NCBI GenBank assembly: GCA_964291495.2
Contig: OZ219871.1
Coordinates: forward strand, 800,001-864,000
DNA from: Dehalococcoidia bacterium
Lineage (GTDB): Bacteria; Chloroflexota; Dehalococcoidia; UBA2979
Reading direction: 5' to 3'
DNA: 64,000 nucleotides
Shown one piece after another: positions 26,981 through 36,408 of the stretch. The notes beneath the pieces were generated by a model, which made no database searches, was not told the DNA's origin, and saw nothing but the letters and a program-made list of their open reading frames with translations. Within the stretch, counting starts at the first letter, position 1. The number at the start of each line of letters is the position of its first letter. Both the position numbers and the translations under genes were made by a program.

Positions 26981-28726
26981 ATGCGACCACACGAGGTCCC
27001 CACCCACGTGCAGGCCGAGGACCGCGTCCTGCTGTGGTTCACCTTCCCCCAGATCGTGGCGATGACGGCGGTCTGCGCCCTCGCCTACGGTATCTACCAC
27101 TACGCCCCCGTCGGTCCCTCCGGGGTGCGCATGGCTGCCGCCGCGCTCTTCGGGCTCGTTGGGCTCGCCGCGATCGCCGGGCGCATCGGAGGCAGGCGGC
27201 TGCCGCTCGTGGCCGCCGACCTGCTGCGCTTCGGGCTGGGGGCGCGGCGCTACGCCGGGCCTCCGGCCCAGCTGGTGCGAAGCGAGCCGCCCGCGCCCGT
27301 GCAGCCCGCGGAGCGCGGGCCGGGCCCATTGCGGCTGCTCGCGCGGCGGGTCCTGCGCAGGACCCGCCGCGTGACGAAGCGACGGAAGGAGGGGGAGCGC
27401 CGCAACGGGCGCAGGCCCCTTCGTCCCCACCGCCGCTTTCGCCGGTGCCTGCGGAAGCAGGACGAGCGGATCGAGCACGACAGGCAGGCAACGACCCCTG
27501 AGGGCCCCCGGCAGCGGCCGCGGCGGCGCGGGTTTTGGAAGGCCTTCCTGCTCGCGGCCGTCGCGGCGCTGGTGGTGCTCACCGCGCTGCCACTCACGGC
27601 GGCCCTCGCCCAGGACCCGGGCCAGGAGGGCTGGCTCTCGGAGGAGATCGAGTTCCAGCCGCCGCCGGCGCTGCCGGGGCGGAGGCTCTTCGTCGAAGGA
27701 CTGACCGTCACCGGACAGCGCGCCGAGGTCGTCCTGCGGGCGGCCACCGACCTGCAGCTCACGGTGCGGGCCTACGGCGGCCCCGCAGGCCGCACGGTCC
27801 GCACCCACGCGAGCGCCTCGCTCGACCAGGGCGAGCAGGCGAGCTACGACCTGCCCCTGGACGGCCCAGCGCCGTCGCTCGTCTTCTCCTGGCAGGACGA
27901 GCTGGGGCTGGCCGGGGCGGTCAGCCTCGACGGGGGGCGGCTCCCATGGCCGCTACCCGAGGGTCGCGGTGAGCTGTGCGTGTTGCACGTCGTCTCGCTC
28001 GGCTGGAGCGCAGGGGCCGTCGAGGGCGTCGTGGCTTCGGAGTGCGTGAGCGCCACCGAGGAGGCGGTCGTCCTGCAGACGGTCGCCGGACACGCCGACG
28101 TCACCACGACGGCGCTGCTCGAGGCAGAGGTCGCCTCGATCACCGGGACCGTCACGGTCGCGTCCGCTGCGTCGGAGACGAGCGTGGCCTTCGTGGCCGG
28201 AGGCGAGACCAGCTTCCGGGTGCCGGTAGGGGCGGGCGAGGGCATCCACGCCCTCGCCGTGGCGGTGAGCCTCGAGGCGGCGCTGCGCATCCCGCTGCCG
28301 CCGCTGGTGGAGCTCACCCACCATCCGCAGCGCACCGAGCACCTCACCGAGACGGCGGTGGTGAACATCCCCGCCTTCGGCGACACGGTGACCGAGACGG
28401 TGGCCATCCCCAACGAGGACGGCACCTTCACGGAGCACGTCGTGACGGCCGGCTGCCATGTCCCGGCGTCGACCGTTCGCCAGGACGTCGTCTTCACCGT
28501 CGTCCACCCCGAACGCGTCGAGGCCGCGGTCACGGCGCGGGCGCCGCTCGCGCGCAGCCGGGAGGAGAGCCAGGCCCTCGCCTCCAGCGTCTGGGCCGAC
28601 GACCCGTACGTACCGCTCGCCGTCCCGGAGCCCGAACCCGAGCCCGACCCGGTCACCCAGACCACCGCCGGCAGCGGCGAGCTCGGCGACTGGTTCGAGC
28701 AGCTCGGGTGGGAGTGGCCGTGGTGA
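26981..28726 (+). CDS. PrgI/VirB3-like N-terminus fused to a large beta-rich extracellular region
   Basis: HEVPTHVQAEDRVLLWFTFPQI + 2 TM; an internal TM/signal followed by a Thr/Val-rich domain. Confidence 0.7.
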   Translation: MRPHEVPTHVQAEDRVLLWFTFPQIVAMTAVCALAYGIYHYAPVGPSGVRMAAAALFGLVGLAAIAGRIGGRRLPLVAADLLRFGLGARRYAGPPAQLVRSEPPAPVQPAERGPGPLRLLARRVLRRTRRVTKRRKEGERRNGRRPLRPHRRFRRCLRKQDERIEHDRQATTPEGPRQRPRRRGFWKAFLLAAVAALVVLTALPLTAALAQDPGQEGWLSEEIEFQPPPALPGRRLFVEGLTVTGQRAEVVLRAATDLQLTVRAYGGPAGRTVRTHASASLDQGEQASYDLPLDGPAPSLVFSWQDELGLAGAVSLDGGRLPWPLPEGRGELCVLHVVSLGWSAGAVEGVVASECVSATEEAVVLQTVAGHADVTTTALLEAEVASITGTVTVASAASETSVAFVAGGETSFRVPVGAGEGIHALAVAVSLEAALRIPLPPLVELTHHPQRTEHLTETAVVNIPAFGDTVTETVAIPNEDGTFTEHVVTAGCHVPASTVRQDVVFTVVHPERVEAAVTARAPLARSREESQALASSVWADDPYVPLAVPEPEPEPDPVTQTTAGSGELGDWFEQLGWEWPW

Positions 28727-29040
28727 GGCGGGTAACGACCGCCCTGCTCTTCGGCGGGGTCGCGCTGGTCACGACCGGCGCGGCTCCGGCCGAGGAGCGG
28801 GCCATGCTCGACGCCTTCGACGAGGCACTCACGGCGATGGCCTACGCCGCCGCCGGGCTGGCCGTCTTTGCCGTCGTCTGGGCGGGCTTCCTGCTCATGG
28901 CCGAGGGCGGCGAGGAGCGTGGCGGCGGACGCGCCCGCAGCGCCGTCGTGCTGGCCCTCGCGGGGCTCGCGCTCGTGCTCTCGGCGAAGGGCGTGGCGGC
29001 CCTGCTGCGCGCGGGCGTCGTCCCCTTCCCCATTCACTGA
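28723..29040 (+). CDS. Second pilin-like membrane protein
   Basis: Two TM helices flanking GEERGGGRAR; GTGA overlap with the upstream gene. Confidence 0.55.
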   Translation: MRRVTTALLFGGVALVTTGAAPAEERAMLDAFDEALTAMAYAAAGLAVFAVVWAGFLLMAEGGEERGGGRARSAVVLALAGLALVLSAKGVAALLRAGVVPFPIH

Positions 29041-29061
29041 AGGCGCAAGGAGCGCATCCTG

Positions 29062-31362
29062 ATGAGACGGCTACTCGAACTGAAGAAGCGCGCGGCGGCG
29101 GTCCTGCCCGGCCGGGACGCCGCCTCCCCACCGCATCCCGACGCCGGGCCTGCGCCCGGCCCGTATCCGCCTGAGCCCGAGGGCCCGGCTCCCAGGCCGC
29201 CGGCCGAGCTGCCCCTCGCCTTCATGCTCTCGCACCTCGAGAACGACGGGCCGGTGCGGCTCGACGGCGTCAAGCTCGGCGTCTGCGAGGTGCTCGGCCT
29301 GGAACTGGACGAGCCCCGCCTGGGGGCCCTCGCTGGCGCCCTCAACGCCTGTGACTTCCCCCTCCAGCTGCTCGTGCGCCAGCACCCGCCCGGCCTCGGA
29401 CAGCTGCGCGCCGACCTCGAAGCGGCCGAGCCCGAGGACCTGCCCCCGCGCACGCGCGCGGCGGCGCAGTCGCTCAGGCGGCTGCTGGGCGAGCTGGAGG
29501 GCCGCGAGGGCATCCTCGACCGCCGCTTCTACGCCGTCTGCGAGCTCGACCGCGCCGATGAGCTGCGGTCGCTGCTGCAGCGCGCCGGGCTCTCGGTGCA
29601 TCCGCTCGCCGGGCGCCAGCTGCGCATGCTCCTGCTCGCCTCCGCCCTCGGCGGCTCCCCCAGGGAGATCGACGAGGAGGCGGAGGTGGAGGTCGAGGTC
29701 AACCGCCGCGACATTCGCGCCGGCGACCACCTCACGCGCTCGCTCCACCTCGGCAAGTGGCCTCGCTCGCTCGCCCCCGGATTCCTCCAGAGCCTGATGG
29801 CTGCGGGCGTGCCCATGGACCTCTCCCTGCATCTCGGGCCGATCCCGGCAGCCGAGGCGGCGCGCACCCTGGAGTGGCAGAAGGTGCGCTTCGAGTCGGC
29901 GCGCAGCCTCTCCCTTCGACGCGGGCGCTCGATGTCGTCGGAAGCGGAGATCGCCCTCGAGGACGTGATGCGCCTGCGCGACGAGGTGCAACGCGGCCGC
30001 GAGCGCCTCTTCCACGCCTCCCTCTCCCTCACGCTGCACGCCCCCGACGAGGCGTCCCTCGCCGAGATCACGCAGACCGCACGGGCACACTTCGCCGCCA
30101 CGCTGGGCAAGCTCGACGCCCTCCCCTTCCGCCAGCGCGAGGGTCTGCTCTCCACGCTGCCGCTCGCCCTGAACGCCGTTGCCGTGTGGCGCACGCTCGA
30201 CACCTCGTCGCTCGCCCGCCTCTACCCCTTCTCACCGCCGGACCTCGACACGCGCGGCGGCGACCTGCGCGGCATCGACATGCGGGCCTCGTCACCTGTC
30301 GTCTACGACCCCTGGGACGGCACCCATCTCAACGCCAACACCGCCGTGCTCGCGCGCTCCGGCTCCGGCAAGTCCTTCGCGACGAAGCTGGGCGTGCTGC
30401 GCGGCCTCTGCCGCGGCATCGTCGCCTACGTGATCGATCCCGAGGGCGAGTACGCCGACATGGCGCGCGCGGCGGGCGGGCGCGTGCTCTCCCCGGGCGT
30501 GGCCGGCCAGGGCATGAACCCCTTCGTCATCGACCGGGGCGACCCCGAGGAGCTGCTGCTGCGCATCGGCAGCCTGAGACGGCTGATCGAGGTGATGATC
30601 GGAGAGTCCCTCGGCGCGGAGCGGCGCGCCGCTCTCGACCACGCCCTCGCCGCCTACTACGCACAGCCGCGCGAGCGCACCGGCTTCCGCGACTTCTTCG
30701 CCTACCTCCGGGACAGCGAGGAGGGCGATCCCGGTCTCGCCGGGCTGCTGCGCCCCTTCGCCACCGGCAGCCTGCGCCACCTGCTCTCCGATGAGGGCGA
30801 CGACCTGCTCACGAACGAGGCGCTCGTCACCGTCTTCGACCTGCGGCTGCTGGAGCCCGAGCTGCGCCCCGCCGCTGCGATGGTCTGCACCGAGACGGTC
30901 TGGGCCGCGGCGGCGCGCGACCCGAAGCCGCGCCTGCTGGTCGTCGACGAGGTGTGGTCGATCATGCAGCACCCAGAGGGCGCCGCCTTCATGGTCTCGA
31001 TGGCGAAGCGGGCGCGGAAACACCGGCTCGGGCTGCAGTTCATCACGCAGGACGTGCAGGACCTCCTCTCGGAGGATCCCTCGCGCGCCATCACCGGCCA
31101 CAGCGGGCGCGCCCTGCTCCAGAACGCCGCCTTCAAGCTCCTGCTCCAGCAGGACGCCGCCGCCATCTCGACGGTCGGTGACGCCTTCGACCTGCCGGAG
31201 GAGCTGCAGCGCTGGCTGCTCTCCTGCCCGCGCGGCGACGGCCTGCTGCTCGCCCGCAGCAACCGCTTCCCGATCCGCATCGAGGCGACGCCCGAGGAGG
31301 CCGAGCTGATCGAGTGGCGGCCCGGCTCCCACCGGCCGAGCGCAGGCGAGGCCGGCGGCTGA
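29062..31362 (+). CDS. virB4: VirB4-like conjugative ATPase
   Basis: ARSGSGKS, IDPEGEY, VVDEVW, KRARKH, ITQ. Confidence 0.92.
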   Translation: MRRLLELKKRAAAVLPGRDAASPPHPDAGPAPGPYPPEPEGPAPRPPAELPLAFMLSHLENDGPVRLDGVKLGVCEVLGLELDEPRLGALAGALNACDFPLQLLVRQHPPGLGQLRADLEAAEPEDLPPRTRAAAQSLRRLLGELEGREGILDRRFYAVCELDRADELRSLLQRAGLSVHPLAGRQLRMLLLASALGGSPREIDEEAEVEVEVNRRDIRAGDHLTRSLHLGKWPRSLAPGFLQSLMAAGVPMDLSLHLGPIPAAEAARTLEWQKVRFESARSLSLRRGRSMSSEAEIALEDVMRLRDEVQRGRERLFHASLSLTLHAPDEASLAEITQTARAHFAATLGKLDALPFRQREGLLSTLPLALNAVAVWRTLDTSSLARLYPFSPPDLDTRGGDLRGIDMRASSPVVYDPWDGTHLNANTAVLARSGSGKSFATKLGVLRGLCRGIVAYVIDPEGEYADMARAAGGRVLSPGVAGQGMNPFVIDRGDPEELLLRIGSLRRLIEVMIGESLGAERRAALDHALAAYYAQPRERTGFRDFFAYLRDSEEGDPGLAGLLRPFATGSLRHLLSDEGDDLLTNEALVTVFDLRLLEPELRPAAAMVCTETVWAAAARDPKPRLLVVDEVWSIMQHPEGAAFMVSMAKRARKHRLGLQFITQDVQDLLSEDPSRAITGHSGRALLQNAAFKLLLQQDAAAISTVGDAFDLPEELQRWLLSCPRGDGLLLARSNRFPIRIEATPEEAELIEWRPGSHRPSAGEAGG

Positions 31363-31394
31363 CCGGCCGCCGCCTCCAAGGAAAGGACCTTCCC

Positions 31395-33984
31395 ATGCGA
31401 CTCAACCCTCTCCGCCTCTTCCGCCGCTCGGAGCCTGAGCCTCCCGTCCTGCTGGCGGTCACGCCGCCGCGCAGCGGCGAGCGCACCGTGCTCGCCGTCG
31501 AGAACCTGCTCGGCTCCATCGCCGTGCCGGAGCCGTTCTCGCTCGAGCTCGCCGGCGACAGCGACGGCGTCACGCTCATGGCGCGCTGCCTCGACGGCGA
31601 GGTCGTGCGCGGCCAGATCGCCTCCCACTACCCGCAGGCCCGCATCCACCAGCTGGAGCCGGACGAGGATCCCCTGCTCCTCGGCGAGGGCGAGCAGGCC
31701 TGGGCCATGACGCTGCGCTCCGGCGGACCCGAGTACCTGCCCCTGCGCGTCTTCCGCGACGACGACCTGCTCGACCCCGGCTCCGACCCCCTCCTCTCCC
31801 TGCTCGGCGCGCTCTCGTCGCTCCGCGAGGGCGAGCGCATCGTGGCGCGGCTGCTGCTGCGCTCGCTCGGCCCGGACTGGTCCGAGGCCCACCAGGTCAG
31901 GGCCCACGAGCGGCCCGTGCGGGAGCCGCACGACTCCGCCTACACGAGCCAGGTCCGCCAGCACCGCAACGACGGCGTGATGATGGCCGTGCTCGGCGCC
32001 GGTGCGATCGGCCTTCCTCACGGGCTACCAGTGGGTGCAGGCCGGGGAGACGTGGAAGGCGATCGCACTGGGGGCCGGCCTCACCCTGGCGCTCGCCGTG
32101 GGCGGCTGGGCCTGGCAGCGCTGGAGCCGTGCCCGCAACCGGATCCACGACCCCCTCCTCGTCAAGGAGAAGGTCTCGCGCATCGCTTTCGACGCCGAGA
32201 TCGAGGTCGTGGCCGTCCTGCCGGCGATGCAGCCGGAGGACGGACACAAGCGCGCGCAGGAGCTGCTGGACCCGGTAGCAGCCGCCTACCGCCACTACGA
32301 CCACCCGGCGGGGGCGCGCTTCCGCGTGGGCAAGGTGCGTCCCGTGCTGCCGCAACCCTCGGCGCTGCACCCCTCCGGCCCCGGCCTGTTCGGGGCGCGC
32401 AGCGTCCTCGGCGTGCGCGAGGTCGCCTGCCTCTGGCACCCGCCGGGCGCGCGGGACGAGACGCCGCTCGTGGAGCGCTCCGGCGCACGGGTGCTGCTCC
32501 CCTCGGCGAGGGACGTGCGCGGCGGCGCGCTCGTGGGCGAGACGACGGCGGGCAGGCCGCGTCCGATCCGCTTCCCGGACGACCTGCTGCGCCGCCACCA
32601 CCTCTACGTGGCGAGGACGCGCATGGGCAAGTCGACGCTCATGCGCCACCTCGTCGCTCACAAGCTCGAAGAGAAGGCGGAGGGCCGCGACGGCGATGCG
32701 ATCGTCGTCGTCGACCCCCACGCCGACCTCGTGGGCGATCTGCTCGAGCTGGTGCCTCCCTCGCTCGCCGACCAGGTGCGGCTCGTCGACCTCGCCGCCC
32801 CGGGCGGCTTCCCCGGCATCAACCTGCTCGACACCCGCGTCTTCGCCGACCGCGACCGCACGGCCGACTCGGTCGTACGCGTCGCGAAGGGCCTCTGGGA
32901 GCAGTGGGGCCCGCGCATGCAGTCGATCCTCGAGCAGACGGTGAAGACCCTGCACGAGGCCAACGCCCACCCCGAGACGAGCGCGGAGGAGCAACACACC
33001 ATCCTCGACGGCCTGCCCCTGCTCTCCGACGACGGCTTCCGCGCGACCGTCCTCGAACGCGTCTCCGATCCGTTCCTGCTCGACTGGTGGGCCCGCGACT
33101 TCGGGGGCTGGCGGCGGGAGTACCGCGCCGAGGCGCTGGCTCCCGTGCAGACGCGCCTCTCCTACTACGCCTCCTCGAAGCGTGCGCGCGCCATCCTCGG
33201 CCAGCGCCGCTCCACCGTCGACGTACGCCGCACGATCCTCGACGGCGGCATCCTGCTGGTCTCGACCGCCCAGGGCACCGCCGGCCGTGATGTGGCCGCC
33301 CTCGTCGGGGCATCGCTCCTGAACCTCGTCGACGCCGTGATCCGCGAGCAGGGAGTCCTGCCGCCCGAGCGCCGCCGCGGCGCGCTCGTCGTCGTGGACG
33401 AGATGCAGTCGATGCCGGGCGTCGACTACGAGTCGATGCTGTCCGAGCTGGGGAAGTTCGGGGCGTCGTTCGTGCTCGCCACCCAGAGCCTCGACAAGCT
33501 CGACGACCTCTCGCGCACGATGCGCACCACCCTCCTCGCCAACGTCGGCTGCCTCGCCGTCTTCCAGGTGGCCGGCTCCGACGCGCGCCAGCTCGTCTGG
33601 GAGCTGGACCGCGACCGCATCTCCGAGGAGGACGTCGTCTCCCTCCCGGTCCACCACTGCTACGTGCGCGCGACCGTGGGGAGCGAGCGCATGCCCGCCT
33701 TCTCGATGAAGGTGCGCAAGCCCGAAGGCGGCGACCCGGACGTGGCCACCGCGATTCGCGCGCGCGCCTCGTCCTACCTCGTCACGGAGGCGGAGATCGT
33801 CGCCCGGCAGGAGGAGGGCCGCAGGCGCGTCGAGGAGTTCCGGGCGGGCGTCGAGGCCCTCCGCGAGGCCGGGACTCCGGAGCAGGGCAACGGAGGCCGC
33901 ACCTCCGGGAAGCGAGCGCGCAGGAAGCAGCGCAGCAAGCATGTCCGGCCGCCGGGAGAAGCCTCCGCTGAGGACGCCGGGTGA
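31395..33984 (+). CDS. Type IV coupling protein (VirD4/TraD-like), split by a +1 frameshift near 32010
   Basis: ARTRMGKS, VDPHAD, VDEMQ, LATQ; removing one G in ATCGGCC joins the two frames (...GAIAFLTGYQW). Confidence 0.85.
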
Positions 33985-35627
33985 GACCGGAGCACGACTG
34001 CCTGCGTCTCCTCGCTCACATGCCCCTCCTCGACCGCCTGGAGCTCGTGGCGGTCTCCGGCTGGTCGAGGGGCGCGGTCTACGGGAGCATCCGGGCGCTC
34101 GAGGAGGGAGGCCTCGTCGCCTCCCTGCCCCACGCCTCCGAGCTCGTCGCGCCGACGCGCCGCTACTGCCTCACCACGGCCGGGCTGCGCCGCCTCGCCA
34201 GCGAGGAGGACGTCGCCGTGCACGAGCTGCTCCGCTCGCGGCCCGTGTCCGCCCACTGGCGGCGCATTCTGCTGGAGCGGCTCGACGCCGTTGCGGCCAG
34301 CTATCGCCTCGCCGCCGCGATCGCCGACCTCCACTACCCGCTCCGCTTCCGCTGGTACCGGGCGATGCCCATGGACGCCTCGATCGCCCTCCCCGACGGG
34401 CGCACCCTCGCCGTCGTCAGGCAGGGCCACACGGCCGAACGCACGGCCTTCGCCAAGCGGCTCTGGCGCCTGCGGGACGGACCGCGGCCCGGCGCCTACC
34501 TCGTGCTCGCGCCCGACGAGATGCGTCTCCGGCACACGGCGCGACTCATGGCCGACGCTCCCGCCCCTGTCTTCCTCGCGCTCGAACGTGACGCCGTCTC
34601 TTCAGAGCCGGGGTCGCGTGTCTGGCGCACGGCGTCCGGGGCGCCGCTCCTTGAGCTCGACGAGGTGCTCCACCACGTCTTGGCCCACGGCGCCTGGCCG
34701 GAGGAGCAGCCGCCGTCGCGGGCCACCCTCCCAGAGGACCTCCGCGAGGTGGATGCAGGTGAGGCTCCCGGCCGGCTGCTCCCCGCCCGGCTCGGCTCGG
34801 CCTCGAAGCGCGCGCTCGACCTGATCGCCGACTGGCCCTGGATCTCGCCCGGCGACCTCGGTGGGCTGCTCGGCGTCTCCGGCGCACGGGTCTCGCAGCT
34901 CGTGCTGCCGCTCGAGGACATCGGTCTCGTGGTGCGTACTGTGGGCCGCCTCGTCCTCGGCGACCGCGGCCTCTCGATGCTCGCGCGGCGCGACCGGGCG
35001 TCGGTCGGCCTAGCGCGAAAGCGCTGGAGCGCCGCGCGGCTGCATCCTGACGCCCCACGCTCCTGGCGCAACCTGACCGGCAGGCGCACCCGGCAGCTCT
35101 TTCGCAACCTGGAACACACGGCGGCTGTCCACGGGTTCGTATCTGCCCTCGCGCGCCAGGCCCGTGACCTGGGCTGGGAGGTCGCGCAACTCGATCCGCC
35201 CCACCGGGCGACCCGGTATTTCCGCCACGACGGCTCTTTGCGCTCCGTTCACCCTGACGCCTTCGGCATGCTGAGACAGGGCGACACGGTCTGGCCGTTC
35301 TTCCTGGAGTGGGAGCGACGCGCCGTCCGGCCCGTCACGATGGCCGCCCGGCTCGCCCCGTACCTGCGCTACTACGCCTCACACCGGCCCAACGACGACC
35401 ATGGCGTCCGCCCCGCCGTGCTCGTGGTCTTCGACGATGAGCTGGCGGCATCCCGCTTTCTTCGCGTGGCGCGGGAGGGCATGGAGCACGCCCGGGTCGA
35501 GGTACCCCTGCTCGTTTCGCATCGCCGCCTGCTCCGGCATGAAGGGCCGCTGCGAGACTCTTGGTCTTGCTCAGCTGGCTCCAAGCCGACACACCCCTTC
35601 AGTCGAGCTCATCTTTCCTTGCTGTGA
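33981..35627 (+). CDS. Replic_Relax-family relaxase with two tandem domains
   Basis: C-terminal H...HPDAFG...FFLEWER...YLRYY; N-terminal half has a degenerate copy; follows the T4CP. Confidence 0.75.
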   Translation: MRPEHDCLRLLAHMPLLDRLELVAVSGWSRGAVYGSIRALEEGGLVASLPHASELVAPTRRYCLTTAGLRRLASEEDVAVHELLRSRPVSAHWRRILLERLDAVAASYRLAAAIADLHYPLRFRWYRAMPMDASIALPDGRTLAVVRQGHTAERTAFAKRLWRLRDGPRPGAYLVLAPDEMRLRHTARLMADAPAPVFLALERDAVSSEPGSRVWRTASGAPLLELDEVLHHVLAHGAWPEEQPPSRATLPEDLREVDAGEAPGRLLPARLGSASKRALDLIADWPWISPGDLGGLLGVSGARVSQLVLPLEDIGLVVRTVGRLVLGDRGLSMLARRDRASVGLARKRWSAARLHPDAPRSWRNLTGRRTRQLFRNLEHTAAVHGFVSALARQARDLGWEVAQLDPPHRATRYFRHDGSLRSVHPDAFGMLRQGDTVWPFFLEWERRAVRPVTMAARLAPYLRYYASHRPNDDHGVRPAVLVVFDDELAASRFLRVAREGMEHARVEVPLLVSHRRLLRHEGPLRDSWSCSAGSKPTHPFSRAHLSLL

Positions 35628-35830
35628 CCGGGCTCCTGTCCGTTGGCCGTCTCCATCTCCTGGTTCCCGCCGTCCACTGGGTCTTGGGTGGCCGGCGTCC
35701 GCGACTTGGATGCCGACCCATCCTGGTAGAGGTCCGGGTTCGCGAGGGCGTGGCGCACGATGATGCGTGCGAGAGTGCGAAGGCCCTCGATGCGGATCCG
35801 CTCCTGCTCGTCTGTCAGCCGTTGCCTCAT
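35609..35830 (-). CDS. Small hypothetical protein
   Basis: AGGAG RBS; ATGA overlap with the ImmA-like gene. Confidence 0.55.
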   Translation of the reverse strand: MRQRLTDEQERIRIEGLRTLARIIVRHALANPDLYQDGSASKSRTPATQDPVDGGNQEMETANGQEPGHSKER

Positions 35831-36312
35831 AGTCCAGCTCCTGAACGAGGGGTTTCAGTTTCGCTCTCTACGGTGACGTCTGCAGGAGGTTGCAGGCGAA
35901 GCGGATCGAGTTGGACCAACTCGTCGGGGACTCCGAAGTGCTCGGCCATCTCCCACGATTGAACAAGGCCTTCCGCCTCCGCTTCCTGCTCGTCGATGAG
36001 CAGTCCGTGAGCGAAGTCCTCCGCCTCCCGTTCATAGCGCCGTGCGAGATCCGTGTGGGCGCGCAGCCAGAGGTGATTGCCGGGATGGAGTAGCTGGTGC
36101 CCGATGGCGTGGGCGATCACCCATCGCCGCCACTCCGGGCTGAGCCGCTCCGCGACCACGACGATGCCGTCGATCTGCAGCTCCTTGAGGACGTCGAGTG
36201 GCCAGGGGATTACCTCAAGCCCCAGGGCGACGGCAACCGCTTCGGCGTCCACGCGGCCGAGCAGACCCAGCTCCCGCCGCAAGGTCGAGGCCCGTTGTCG
36301 CGCCCGGTTCAA
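35827..36312 (-). CDS. ImmA/IrrE-family metallopeptidase-like protein with HAxxH
   Basis: RRWVIAHAIGH...EREAEDFA..LL; TTG start after GGAGG. Confidence 0.8.
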   Translation of the reverse strand: MNRARQRASTLRRELGLLGRVDAEAVAVALGLEVIPWPLDVLKELQIDGIVVVAERLSPEWRRWVIAHAIGHQLLHPGNHLWLRAHTDLARRYEREAEDFAHGLLIDEQEAEAEGLVQSWEMAEHFGVPDELVQLDPLRLQPPADVTVESETETPRSGAGL

Positions 36313-36408
36313 ACCTGACCTCCCTCAGTCCGTTCGATGAGCCGGCCGGGCTGGGAGGGCAATCACGTCCTGGAGACTGGGGCCCAACCTACAACCGACG
36401 CTGATTGG

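Noticed and set aside
13897-35119. Many long antisense/alternate-frame ORFs (e.g. 14166..15815, 25393..26673, 31897..33942)
   Set aside because: Expected shadows of high-GC genes; no motifs or RBS
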